Shown here: positions 8,210-17,532 of the stretch, piece after piece
Layout: every line of letters begins with the position of its first letter
Numbering within the stretch: the stretch's first letter is position 1
Assembly (NCBI RefSeq): GCF_037902255.1
Contig: NZ_CP147990.1
Span: 3,540,001-3,572,000 of the forward strand
Origin: Candidatus Electrothrix sp. GW3-4
GTDB taxonomy: Bacteria > Desulfobacterota > Desulfobulbia > Desulfobulbales > Desulfobulbaceae
Reading direction: 5' to 3'
Length of the DNA: 32,000 bases
Made by a program: the position numbers and the translations under genes
The notes under the pieces: generated by a model
Database searches by the model: none
What the model was told of the DNA's origin: nothing
The model's input: the letters and a program-made list of their open reading frames with translations, nothing else

Positions 8210-10357
8210 ATGCGTTTTTCTCTGCGCCTCAAGCTTGCCCTCCTCTCCCTTCTGCTCCTTCTCTTCCCCTTACTGGGGATGCGCCTGAACAATACCTTAA
8301 AAAACAGCCTGATCATCAGTCAGCAGGATACCCTCAGCCTTACTGCCCAAGCGGTTTCAGCGGCATTAACCGACCGAAACGACCTCTTTGACAGAGAACA
8401 GTTTCACGGCCTCAATCAGGACCGGGATCTCTATCTCTTCCAGCTCAGCAATACCATACAATTAGATGGCAATTTGGACGATTGGCGTCCCGAACTTGCT
8501 GAAGCTGAAGAATTTGGTCGTGAGCATCTCATCAGTTCAGAAGGCAGCTATGTTCTCCAATCCCTTAATTTCCGCCATCTTGCTGGCAAGCAGGACAAGT
8601 ACCTGTACGCACTCTTTGATGTACAGGACGATCATGTCATTTATCGAAGCAAAAACTCATTACGCCTTGACCGTTCTGATCATTTACAAATAGTGATAGG
8701 TGATGATAACGGACAGAGAAAATATCTGATCACAGCCCATGAGCAAGGCTGGGTGAATGGTTTTCTCATGCCTGATGTTCCGATTAAATTTCCTGTCATC
8801 GAACAACGAATTCAAGGGGTATGGAATCAAACCGACAGCGGCTATATCCTGGAAATTCGTATTCCTCTGGAGCTGCTCGGAAACAAACTTGCCTTCACAG
8901 TCGCTGATGTCGATGACATTGAAACAAGAGATATCAAGGCGTTAATAGGCACTTCCAACTTAAAGGAAGACAAGGCTCCGGGCCTGCTCCTCACGACCTC
9001 AACTCCCATTGAAGATATACTGAAATCTCTTGATCGCCCCTATGCACGTATTCGCATTGTCGATCGCAATCAAAGGGTGAGAGCTCAGGTCGGCAGCCTG
9101 CGTACCTCTGAAATACCTCAAGAACAGGTGAGCACACTCTCTCGTCGCATAAACGAATTCATGCGCCCTCTCTATCGTTTTTTTATCAATCCTTTTTTAG
9201 CGGAATTTCAGGATCAGGCCTCCCAACCAACGGAATTGGACCTGCAAGGAATCCGAGAGGGACTTGCTGGCAAACATTCTGTAACCAGCTACTTAATGGA
9301 AGATGGGCAAGTGAAGGTAATGGCGGCCATTACGCCTTTATATGAGCAGGACCAGGTCATTGGTGCCGTGGTTGTAGAGCAGACCACCAACTCGATTCTT
9401 TCACTCAGCAACCGCTTAATCGAAGAAACCATTTCCCTCTCTGTTATTGCCTTTCTCTTTGGTGGTTGCGTCCTGCTCTTTTTCGCCTTTCGGATCTCCG
9501 CACGGATTCGGCGTTTACGCGATCAGGCGGCCTCGGCAATCACGCCTGACGGTCGGATCCTCAACACCATTCACAGGGATTCAGCAAGTGATGAAATCGC
9601 TGATTTAGGCCGCACCTTAGATTCCATGCTCACCCAGCTCCAGCAGCAGATTGAGCATCGCGAGCAAATGGCTGATAACCTTGAGCACGAAATGCGAACG
9701 CCCTTAGCTGGCATTGCCGCATCAGTAAAAAATCTTCGTCAGGAACAGCTTGAGGCAAAACCATCTGGTCGTATTATGGAGTATATTCAGTGGGTAAAAC
9801 GAGATGTTCAGCGATTGGAAGAGCTTCTCACCTCAATTCGGGAGGCCACTACCTTGAAGAATGCCCTGCTACTGGACAGTATGGAGGTGTTTGATCTTGG
9901 CAGGGCCGTATCAGTATGGCTTGAGCACGGTTGGCGACCTGCCTTTAGTGAGGTAGAGATCCTTTATCAGGCTCCTGAACATGAGGTGCTGGTCAACGGC
10001 GACCCGGTTCGTTTACGCCAGGCTTTAGATAAGCTTGTCGAAAATGCCGTTTCTTTCCATACAGCGGACACACCAATTGAGCTCTGCTTAGAAAACTATG
10101 ATGACTGTATATCTCTGCTCGTTATCAATCAAGGCCCAATTATCGAACCAGAGATGCAGCAGCAAATATTTCACTCGATGATCTCCAATCGAGCGATCAA
10201 AGATAAGTCACCCCACCTGGGCCTTGGCCTATATATTGTTCGTACGGTGCTGGACCATCATGATGGGCAGGTGAGTGTTGAAAACCTGTCTGACGGGAGA
10301 ACAGGAGTTGTTTTTACGATTACGCTGCCCAGTACATCAGAGAATGAGCCTTTATAA
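8210..10357 (+). CDS. Sensor histidine kinase with a large periplasmic domain (dedicated sortase-system kinase type)
   Basis: N-terminal TM LALLSLLLLLFPLLG, a ~380-aa periplasmic region (LDGNLDDWRPE, DHLQIVIGDDNG), and a second TM ISLSVIAFLFGGCVLLFFAF. H-box LEHEMRTPLAG. ATPase boxes ENAVSF and HLGLGLYIV. Confidence 0.85.
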   Translation: MRFSLRLKLALLSLLLLLFPLLGMRLNNTLKNSLIISQQDTLSLTAQAVSAALTDRNDLFDREQFHGLNQDRDLYLFQLSNTIQLDGNLDDWRPELAEAEEFGREHLISSEGSYVLQSLNFRHLAGKQDKYLYALFDVQDDHVIYRSKNSLRLDRSDHLQIVIGDDNGQRKYLITAHEQGWVNGFLMPDVPIKFPVIEQRIQGVWNQTDSGYILEIRIPLELLGNKLAFTVADVDDIETRDIKALIGTSNLKEDKAPGLLLTTSTPIEDILKSLDRPYARIRIVDRNQRVRAQVGSLRTSEIPQEQVSTLSRRINEFMRPLYRFFINPFLAEFQDQASQPTELDLQGIREGLAGKHSVTSYLMEDGQVKVMAAITPLYEQDQVIGAVVVEQTTNSILSLSNRLIEETISLSVIAFLFGGCVLLFFAFRISARIRRLRDQAASAITPDGRILNTIHRDSASDEIADLGRTLDSMLTQLQQQIEHREQMADNLEHEMRTPLAGIAASVKNLRQEQLEAKPSGRIMEYIQWVKRDVQRLEELLTSIREATTLKNALLLDSMEVFDLGRAVSVWLEHGWRPAFSEVEILYQAPEHEVLVNGDPVRLRQALDKLVENAVSFHTADTPIELCLENYDDCISLLVINQGPIIEPEMQQQIFHSMISNRAIKDKSPHLGLGLYIVRTVLDHHDGQVSVENLSDGRTGVVFTITLPSTSENEPL

Positions 10358-10436
10358 AAATTTAAGCAAAAATTTCAGGCTCCCATGAAGATGGTCGCCA
10401 AACGAATCGGCTCAACGGTTGTTTGCAAACAAAAAA

Positions 10437-10463
10437 AGCCAAGGACCTTGTCCTTGGCTTTTA
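10437..10463. terminator. Bidirectional rho-independent terminator
   Basis: agccaaggac (10437-10446) pairs with gtccttggct (10450-10459) across a 3-nt loop. An A-run precedes it and TTTT follows. It lies between convergent genes. Confidence 0.7.
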
Positions 10464-10490
10464 TGTTCTCAGGAACTTCTACTTAAAATT

Positions 10491-11765
10491 CTAGTAAATC
10501 CCCAAGGCCTCTACAGTCTCTTTTGTCAGTCCGCCCCCCTGAGCAAGTCCATTTTCACCCTGAAAAGCTCGAATAGCCTCATTGGTTGCCGGATTCAGCT
10601 TTCCATCAATCAGGCCGTTGTAAAAACCCAGCTGGCTTAAGGCTGTCTGTACCTGACGGATAGTTGAGTCAACAAGTTCGTCCTTACACAGTGCTGGCTT
10701 CCAGACTATCCTGGAATCGCTCACTTTAACCTTTTTAACAATGGTCTTGTACTCAGCAGGAACTGAAATAATATTCTCTTCTGCCGGTTTGACGAGTTTC
10801 TTTACCTTGACCGTTTTGTACTCAGGAGGAACAGGGACAGTACGTGACTGGGCCGGAGCGACCATTACTTTCTTCCTGATCATCTGGGTGACCGCAGGTA
10901 TGGTGACGACCTCCGTTCTCGCCGGAGCAACCATTACCTGCTTACGTACAGTTCCATATTCTGCTGGTATGGTGACGATTTCTGTCCTGGCAGGCTCAAC
11001 AACAACCCTTTTCCGAACAGTCTTGTATTCAGCAGGAATAACAACTTCCTGGCGGCATCCACCGATTTCACCTGCACAGTCTTTCGGTACTTTCTTGATC
11101 ACCGTCTTGTACATGGCTGGAACAGCTACGTAACATAGAGTATCACAGTCGGTCAACCCCATCTTAATATCTTCTGGTGAACAATGGGTGGTCTTTTTAA
11201 TCCATTTTGCAGAAGGTGCCTTAACCAAAACCTGCTCTTTCACCTCCTCATAACCAGGATCAGTGATGGTGATGGTGACAACTTCAGGAGAAACCATCAC
11301 CTGCTCATCTACCCATTCATACCGGGCAGGGATAGATTGCAGCTCCTCAGAAGCCTCCTTGATCACGACCTGTTCATCACGCCATTCATACTGGGCAGGA
11401 ATGACGTTAATCTCTTCTGAACCTTCTTTGATAACGACCTCTTCATCCCTCCACTCAAACTGGGCAGGAATTGTCTCAATCTTCTCAGAAGCTTCTTTAG
11501 CGATAACCCGTTCGTCAATCCATTCATACTCAGCCGGGATAATTTCTGTTCGTTCCATAGCTGGTGCAATCTCAATTTCTTCCTCTACATCCTCATAGAC
11601 AGCAGGAGCAAGACAACGAGAGTAACACTCACCAGGCTGAACATTGGCCGGGAATCCCTCATTAATGAATTGAGCCGGATCAATCTGACCATACTGAGCA
11701 GCTGCGGGTGAAGATACCGCGAAGAGCAAAGCGGCAGCTACCACGAAATTCCTTTTCTTCAACAT
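10491..11765 (-). CDS. Secreted repeat protein (about eleven ~23-aa xPAxY repeats, Cys-rich centre) with a C-terminal PG_binding_1-type domain; paralog 2
   Basis: I prefer the start MLKKRNFVVAAALLFAVSSPAAAQ at 11765 because the track extension runs into the intergenic hairpin. Repeats include IPAEYEWIDERVIAKEASEKIET and IPAEYKTVRKRVVVEPARTEIVT. C-terminus LSQLGFYNGLIDGKLNPATNEAIRAFQGENGL. Confidence 0.75.
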   Translation of the reverse strand: MLKKRNFVVAAALLFAVSSPAAAQYGQIDPAQFINEGFPANVQPGECYSRCLAPAVYEDVEEEIEIAPAMERTEIIPAEYEWIDERVIAKEASEKIETIPAQFEWRDEEVVIKEGSEEINVIPAQYEWRDEQVVIKEASEELQSIPARYEWVDEQVMVSPEVVTITITDPGYEEVKEQVLVKAPSAKWIKKTTHCSPEDIKMGLTDCDTLCYVAVPAMYKTVIKKVPKDCAGEIGGCRQEVVIPAEYKTVRKRVVVEPARTEIVTIPAEYGTVRKQVMVAPARTEVVTIPAVTQMIRKKVMVAPAQSRTVPVPPEYKTVKVKKLVKPAEENIISVPAEYKTIVKKVKVSDSRIVWKPALCKDELVDSTIRQVQTALSQLGFYNGLIDGKLNPATNEAIRAFQGENGLAQGGGLTKETVEALGIY

Positions 11766-11826
11766 TTCTTCTTTTTCCCTTTTTCTGATACGTATTCTCG
11801 GGTTATACGGTGTAAAAACAGAAAGA

Positions 11827-11845
11827 GGCACTTAAAAAAGTGCCC
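11827..11845 (-). terminator. Intergenic hairpin between the two paralogs
   Basis: ggcactt (11827-11833) pairs with aagtgcc (11839-11845) across a 5-nt A loop. T-rich sequence follows on both strands. Confidence 0.4.
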
Positions 11846-11872
11846 CTTTTTTCTTCTTTGTTGTCTAATCGA

Positions 11873-13279
11873 CTAGTAGATTCCTAAAGACTCAAGCGTT
11901 TCGATGGTCATCCCACCACCCTGCGGTAAGGCACGATCTGCCTGATAGGCTCTCAGTGCCTCATTGGTCTCCGGGGTCAGGACACCATTAATCTCACCAG
12001 CGTAAAAGCCTTCTCGACTCAAAGCACTTTGCATTTCTCTGATCTTCGAATCAACGGCTTCATCCTCACAAAGAGCCGGACGCCATACGATCTTACTATC
12101 GCTAACTTTAACTTTTTTGATAATAGTCTTGTATTCGGCAGGAACCTGAATAACGTTTTCCTCAGCCGCTTTCACAAGCTTTTTCACCTTGACTGTCTTG
12201 TACTCAGCAGGAACCGGGATAACCTCTGTTCTGGCAGGCTCAACCATTACCCTCTTCCGTACCATTCTGTACTCAGCAGGTATATTAACGACTTCTGTCC
12301 TGGCAGGCTCAACCAAAACCTGCTTGCGTACCATTCTGTACTCAGCAGGAATCTGAACCGTTTCGGTCCTTGCGGGCTCTACCACAACCTTTGTTCTGAT
12401 CGGCTTGTATTCTGCCGGGATGACCACTTCCTGACGGCATCCGTCAACTCCACCAGCACAGTCCGTGGGTACCTTTTTGATAACCGTCTTATACATAGCC
12501 GGGACGGCTACATAACAAAGGGTATCACAGTCGGTCAGTCCCATCTTGATATCTTCAGGAGAGCAATGCGTCGCTTTTTTAATCCACTTTGCAGAAGGCG
12601 CCTTGACCAAAACCTGCTCTTTCACCTCTTGAAAACCGGGATCGGTCAGAGTAATCTTGACCATCTCAGGAGAAACCATAACCTGGCCTTCACGCCAAGC
12701 ATAAACTGCGGGAATAGCTTTAAGCTCTTCGGAAGCCTCTTTTACCACTTCCTGAACATCCTGCCACTCGTACCGGGCAGGAATAACCTTGATCTCCTCT
12801 GACGCCTCTTTTACCAAGACCTCTTCTTCGACCCAATCATATTGTGCAGGAATGACCTTAATCTTTTCAGATGCCTCTTTGGCAATGACCTCTTCATCCA
12901 CCCATTCGTATTCGGCAGGAATGATCTCGGTCCGCTCCATCGCTGGAGCTACCTCAATTTGCTCTTCTACATCTTCAAACACAGCCGGAGCAAGACAGCG
13001 AGAGTAGCACTCACCAGGGTTAACATTGGTCGGCAGCCCTTCACCAAGGTCCTGCTGTGCAACCATTGGCGCAGCAGCAACTGGCCCAGACATCTGCACA
13101 ACATCTTGAGCGACAACCTGCTGGGCAGCCTGTTGCTCTCCTTTTGCCTCTTCACAAGGGCCCTGAACACAGGGCTGTTCACCAGAACCCTGCGGGACAT
13201 AGGCTACGTCCGCCACACAACCAGTTAAGGCAAAAAGAGCGATAGCCCCGATGGCCACGCCATTCTTCATCTGTTTCAT
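11873..13279 (-). CDS. Lipoprotein repeat protein (same xPAxY repeat architecture) with a C-terminal PG_binding_1-type domain; paralog 1
   Basis: RBS AAGGAGAGG. Lipobox LFALTGC. A Q/A-rich linker, then acidic repeats (IPAEYEWVDEEVIAKEASEKIKV), then basic repeats (IPAEYRMVRKQVLVEPARTEVVN). C-terminus LSREGFYAGEINGVLTPETNEALRAYQ. Confidence 0.8.
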   Translation of the reverse strand: MKQMKNGVAIGAIALFALTGCVADVAYVPQGSGEQPCVQGPCEEAKGEQQAAQQVVAQDVVQMSGPVAAAPMVAQQDLGEGLPTNVNPGECYSRCLAPAVFEDVEEQIEVAPAMERTEIIPAEYEWVDEEVIAKEASEKIKVIPAQYDWVEEEVLVKEASEEIKVIPARYEWQDVQEVVKEASEELKAIPAVYAWREGQVMVSPEMVKITLTDPGFQEVKEQVLVKAPSAKWIKKATHCSPEDIKMGLTDCDTLCYVAVPAMYKTVIKKVPTDCAGGVDGCRQEVVIPAEYKPIRTKVVVEPARTETVQIPAEYRMVRKQVLVEPARTEVVNIPAEYRMVRKRVMVEPARTEVIPVPAEYKTVKVKKLVKAAEENVIQVPAEYKTIIKKVKVSDSKIVWRPALCEDEAVDSKIREMQSALSREGFYAGEINGVLTPETNEALRAYQADRALPQGGGMTIETLESLGIY

Positions 13280-13736
13280 CGCACCTCTCCTTTACCTCTC
13301 CGTTCATCTGCAACCAACAGAGCCAAATGCACGAAAAAGTATCAAGATAACAAGTTATTCTTTAACCAACACGGTTTACTTCAGTAACATCTCAACAGGA
13401 GCGCGGCTTTTTTGCTACCGACTGTCTGCAGCTACTGAAACTTTTGCATGTTTGAGAGATACCATCCCCCCAAAAAAATAGCAATACAAAAAACTGTACA
13501 AGAAATAAAAAGACGACATTTTTTCCAGAATGCTTCTGGGTATCCCTTCTGACTCACAGCTGATATTTTATTCCGGCCAACGAGCAGAAAAATATCTTCC
13601 TCAATTCATGCCATCCAATAGATTAAATTGACCGATTTGGATCGCATATTGCACACAGAACAAAAGGTCGAGAACAATTACTATTCCTTGAGCACTCTCG
13701 ATAAAAGTATAATTTATTGTACCGTTAAAATATTTT

Positions 13737-15716
13737 TTAAACCACACGCTCGTTTCCACCGTCAACGGGCAACTGGGCCGCTGTTGTGCAAGCGAACAAG
13801 AGTCCACACATTTCAGATGCCAATTCAGCAACCTGCCGACTCAACACCTCGACCCCAAGCAAATTATTGGTCTTATACTGCTGTACAGATAATCCATAAT
13901 GCCCTGCCCTGGCCTCCAGTACCTCGTCCGTCCAAATTCCCGTATCAAAAACTGCATTCGGGTGCAGGGCATTTATTCGGATTCCATCCCGACCCCATTC
14001 CAGGGCAGCGACCCGCATCAACTGGGTTAAGGCTGCCTTGGAAGCAGAATACGCCCCTGCACCTGGGCCGGGAGCAGGTACATTTTTTGATCCGACCACC
14101 ACCACACGCCCTTTGCCCGGAGCGCATTTCAGCAGCGGATAACACTCCCGGAGCAGAACAAGATTAGCCTCAAGATTCACCGCCATCACCTTGTGCCATA
14201 CCTCCAGGGACAGTTCAGCAACCGTCGTGCTGGCAGGAAACATCCCTGCATTCAATACCAACATATCCAACCCGCCAAAACGACAAACAGCCAGGTCTAA
14301 GGCCTTCTGCACCTGGCCCTCATCGGTCAGATCACATTGAATGCCAAGGAATCCACGAGCAGAGGAAACACCCGCAATGCGCTCGTCAATATCCAAACCT
14401 ACGACGGCCGCACCTCGTTGCAGGAATGAATCAACGCAGGCCTTGCCAATTCCTGAAGCCGCTCCGGTGATCAAGACCACCTCGCCAGTAAAAAGCGGAG
14501 GAGCCCCGCCTTTAGCCAATTTGGCCTGTTCCAGATCCCAGTACTCCATATCAAAGAGGTCGTCAGGAGGCAGGGCCTGCCATCCACCAAGCTTCTCTGC
14601 CCGCAGGATGCATTCCATCGTGTGCTCATAGATATCATGAACAATAGCCACATCTTTTGCTGATTTCCCAAGGCAACACAAGCCAAGGTCCTGATCCAAG
14701 ATCAGCCGGGGCGCAGGATCCAACATGGTTTTGCGTTCCTTTGCCGCTGGTTCGTGGGTGTGGAAATAGGCCCTGTACTGCTGCGCATAGCTTGCCACAT
14801 CACGGCCGAGCATGGGCACCGCTTTGGTCCGGATCACATGATCCGGGGTTGCTGGCCCCTGCTGGGAAATCTCCCCCAGGTCATCACGCTGAACAAAAGA
14901 AAGCCCACGGGCACTCTTGGTCACCCGCAGGATCATAGGCCTGCCCGCCTTCTCAGAGACAGACTGGCGCAACTGTGCGACCTCAAGACGGTTAAGCTGG
15001 TCGCAAGCGAACGTATTTTCAGCTGGCGGCTCCAGCTCCCAGGCATCATGGCTAACGAGATAACGCTCCGCCATATCGACCAACTGAATCATCCGCTCAT
15101 AGGACTTCTGGGCCGAATCAGCAAAGGAGAAGACGCCATGATGCAGCAACACCATACCGATGGTCTGCGGCCCAGCCTGTTCGGCAAAGATACGGGCAAC
15201 ATCACGGGCCAGATCAAAGCCCGGCATGACATAAGGAATCACCACCACCTGATCGCCATAGATTTCCTTAATACGCTGGGATCCATCAGCCGTATTGGTA
15301 ATGGTCACCACAGCATCGGCATGGGTATGATCGACATAGCGAAACGGCAAGACTGCATGCAGGATCGTTTCCACCGAGGGGGCCGGGGCATTGGCGCGGG
15401 TCAGCTGGGTCTTCAACTCGTTGACCATTTGCGGATCTGTCAGAGAATCTAAGGCTGCCAACTTAATCATGGGCTGCAAACGCACCGGGGCAAAGCCTTC
15501 TGCTTCGATAGTCTCCAGGTCCCAACCACTCCCTTTAATATAGAGGATCTCCTCCTCTGCACCTACAATGTTTTTCTCTTTGATCTTGACTGAGGTATTG
15601 CCCCCGCCATGCAGAACCAAAGAGGAATCTCGCCCTAATAGACGTGAAGAGTACACTCGTAGCTCAAGTTCGCTTTCACAGGCCTCAGCCTCTTGCTCAT
15701 TCCATAAACTCTGCAT
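13737..15716 (-). CDS. Bifunctional class II aldolase/adducin-domain + short-chain dehydrogenase (rhamnulose-1-phosphate aldolase/SDR-like)
   Basis: N-terminus LRVYSSRLLGRDSSLVLHGGGNTSVK. C-terminal SDR motifs ITGAASGIGKA, NAG and YSASKAAL. I prefer ATG 15716 (AAAGGAA upstream) over the TTG at 15749. Confidence 0.8.
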   Translation of the reverse strand: MQSLWNEQEAEACESELELRVYSSRLLGRDSSLVLHGGGNTSVKIKEKNIVGAEEEILYIKGSGWDLETIEAEGFAPVRLQPMIKLAALDSLTDPQMVNELKTQLTRANAPAPSVETILHAVLPFRYVDHTHADAVVTITNTADGSQRIKEIYGDQVVVIPYVMPGFDLARDVARIFAEQAGPQTIGMVLLHHGVFSFADSAQKSYERMIQLVDMAERYLVSHDAWELEPPAENTFACDQLNRLEVAQLRQSVSEKAGRPMILRVTKSARGLSFVQRDDLGEISQQGPATPDHVIRTKAVPMLGRDVASYAQQYRAYFHTHEPAAKERKTMLDPAPRLILDQDLGLCCLGKSAKDVAIVHDIYEHTMECILRAEKLGGWQALPPDDLFDMEYWDLEQAKLAKGGAPPLFTGEVVLITGAASGIGKACVDSFLQRGAAVVGLDIDERIAGVSSARGFLGIQCDLTDEGQVQKALDLAVCRFGGLDMLVLNAGMFPASTTVAELSLEVWHKVMAVNLEANLVLLRECYPLLKCAPGKGRVVVVGSKNVPAPGPGAGAYSASKAALTQLMRVAALEWGRDGIRINALHPNAVFDTGIWTDEVLEARAGHYGLSVQQYKTNNLLGVEVLSRQVAELASEMCGLLFACTTAAQLPVDGGNERVV

Positions 15717-15875
15717 AGCATTCCTTTGCTCCCTAAGAATCTCCTCCAAAGGCTGGTCCCATGGGGAGACAGTGCATATTGCATATCATCGAAAGCCCGC
15801 CTTATCCTTATCGCCTTAAAATATCCCGTCATATTATCGTATCTTCCCCCAGAAATACAGCATATTTTCCCTACA

Positions 15876-15904
15876 TTGACTATTCTTCGTGAATATCATA
15901 TTAT
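15876..15904 (+). promoter_or_regulatory. Sigma70-type promoter candidate for the selenoprotein-bio operon
   Basis: TTGACT (15876-15881), a 17-nt spacer, then TATTAT (15899-15904). It lies about 90 nt upstream of ATG 15995. Confidence 0.45.
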
Positions 15905-15994
15905 ATAGCCTCCTAAAAAAGCACCCGGCGCCCCTTGCTTCCGCCAAAGGAGGGGGGCAAAGCAGGTTGCCCGTTCTTGCAAAAGAGACAATAA

Positions 15995-16333
15995 ATGGGT
16001 ATTGACAGGACCTACCTCTGGAAGGGATGAACATCCTGTACCCGGGCACAGGCTGAGCTGGTTATAAAAGGTCTAGAGGTAAAAGCGGTTGTCGAGGCAA
16101 GAAAAGAAAAGATCGCCTATGATGCGGCTTGGGGGCTCCTGGGAGCAGCGCACGAAGTGATTGTCGGGCGAGGAAAAAAATTCCAGATCTTTCATCCCGC
16201 CAAGGACGATAAAGAAACCATCCTCAAGGCCTGCCTGGGAAGGTTAGGCAACCTCCGTGCCCCTGCCGTAAAGATGGGGACACGGTTCGTGGTCGGATTT
16301 AACGATGATATGTACGAACAGTTTATAGGATAG
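15995..16333 (+). CDS. ArsC/Spx/YusI-family thioredoxin-fold protein with an in-frame TGA (predicted selenocysteine, UxxC)
   Basis: Absent from the ORF track. Manual translation gives MGIDRTYLWKG-TGA(16028-16030)-TSCTRAQAELVIKGLEV...GRGKKFQIFHP...GNLRAPAVKMGTRFVVGFNDDMYEQFIG*. No ATG/GTG/TTG occurs in frame between the TGA and 16157. UTSCTRAQ sits where the family has CxxC(R/K)KA. A hairpin at 16032-16055 follows the TGA. Confidence 0.6.
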
Positions 16334-17532
16334 TGGATCCATTCACCAGCCGTTTAGCGGAACAATTACACATCTTGTCCGCCCAGGGGATACGACGGGA
16401 GCTCCTTCCTGTTCAAGCAAGGGGTACCGCTCGTCTCCACCATCAAGAGAGGGGGTACCTCAATCTGGCCAGCAACGACTATCTTGGCCTGGCTGGCAAC
16501 TCAACGCTGTTGCAAGGATTTTATGCCGCTCTTGAACAGGAGCACCTTGTTGATCGGTTCGGCTTGGGTAGCGGGGCCTCCCGTCTCATGACCGGCAATC
16601 ATGAGCAATACTCCCGACTGGAAGAAGAACTGGCCCGCTCGTACCATAAAGACAAGGCCCTGATCTTCACTTCAGGCTACCATATTAATATAGGCCTACT
16701 GCCTGCCCTTGCTCAGAAAGGCGATCTGATCCTTGCCGACAAGCTCTGCCATGCCAGCCTCATTGATGGAATGCGTCTTTCCGGGGCCCGGATGATCCGC
16801 TACCCCCACCTTGATTATGAGCGACTGGAACAGTTACTCAAAAAACATCGAGCGGATTCTACCGCTCAAAAAAAGCAGACCATCTTTCTGGTGACCGAGT
16901 CCATTTTTTCCATGGACGGTGATTGTGCCGATCTCCCGCCCCTGGCCCGCCTTAAAGAAAAGTACGGGGCGATCCTCTACGTCGACGAGGCGCATTCGGT
17001 TGGGGTACGTGGCCAACAGGGCTTGGGTTTAGCTGAAGAACAGGGAGTCACTGACCGGATCGACCTGCTGGTCGGGACCTTTGGCAAGGCCTGGGGTGGC
17101 CAAGGGGCCTTTGTGGTCTGCGAAAAAATTATATATGAGTACCTGGTCAATACGGCCCGCTCACTCATCTTTACCACGGCCCTCCCTCCGGTCAACATCC
17201 ATTGGCTCAACTTTATCCTGCCGATCATCCAAAAGATGGAAAAGGAACGACAGCAGCTTGCTGAGCTAGCCCAACAATTACGTTATGGTCTGCAAGGGAC
17301 AGGTCTCCAGACCTGCGGCGAAAGCCATATCGTTCCGGTTCTGATTGGCGACGAAGAGAAAGCTGTTGCTGTTGCCGAAAAACTGCGCCACCAAGGGCTC
17401 TGGGTACAGGCGATCCGCACCCCGACAGTCCCTCGCGGTACAGCCCGCTTGCGCCTCTCCCTGACCGCAGACATGAAAGCGGAGCAGCTAGCGCCATTGC
17501 CGGAACAGATCACTCAGGCCCTTGCAGCATGA
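16333..17532 (+). CDS. bioF: 8-amino-7-oxononanoate synthase
   Basis: The GTG start overlaps the upstream TAG (TAGTG). Motifs NDYLGLA, ESIFSMDGD and DEAHSVG, and the PLP-lysine context GTFGKAWG. Confidence 0.9.
   Translation: MDPFTSRLAEQLHILSAQGIRRELLPVQARGTARLHHQERGYLNLASNDYLGLAGNSTLLQGFYAALEQEHLVDRFGLGSGASRLMTGNHEQYSRLEEELARSYHKDKALIFTSGYHINIGLLPALAQKGDLILADKLCHASLIDGMRLSGARMIRYPHLDYERLEQLLKKHRADSTAQKKQTIFLVTESIFSMDGDCADLPPLARLKEKYGAILYVDEAHSVGVRGQQGLGLAEEQGVTDRIDLLVGTFGKAWGGQGAFVVCEKIIYEYLVNTARSLIFTTALPPVNIHWLNFILPIIQKMEKERQQLAELAQQLRYGLQGTGLQTCGESHIVPVLIGDEEKAVAVAEKLRHQGLWVQAIRTPTVPRGTARLRLSLTADMKAEQLAPLPEQITQALAA

Noticed and set aside
10741-13228. Long plus-strand ORFs (10741-11133, 11263-11598, 12029-12802, 12842-13228 and others) opposite the two repeat-protein genes
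   Set aside because: They lie antisense to strongly supported minus-strand genes that have signal peptides, RBSs and a recognisable PG-binding domain. Their translations are low-complexity Ser/Thr/Leu strings typical of shadow ORFs in repetitive coding sequence.
13628-15452. Plus-strand ORFs (13628-14167, 14754-15452 and others) opposite the aldolase/SDR gene
   Set aside because: They lie antisense to a 659-aa gene with clear aldolase and SDR motifs. Their translations are Pro/Arg/Gly-rich shadow sequence.
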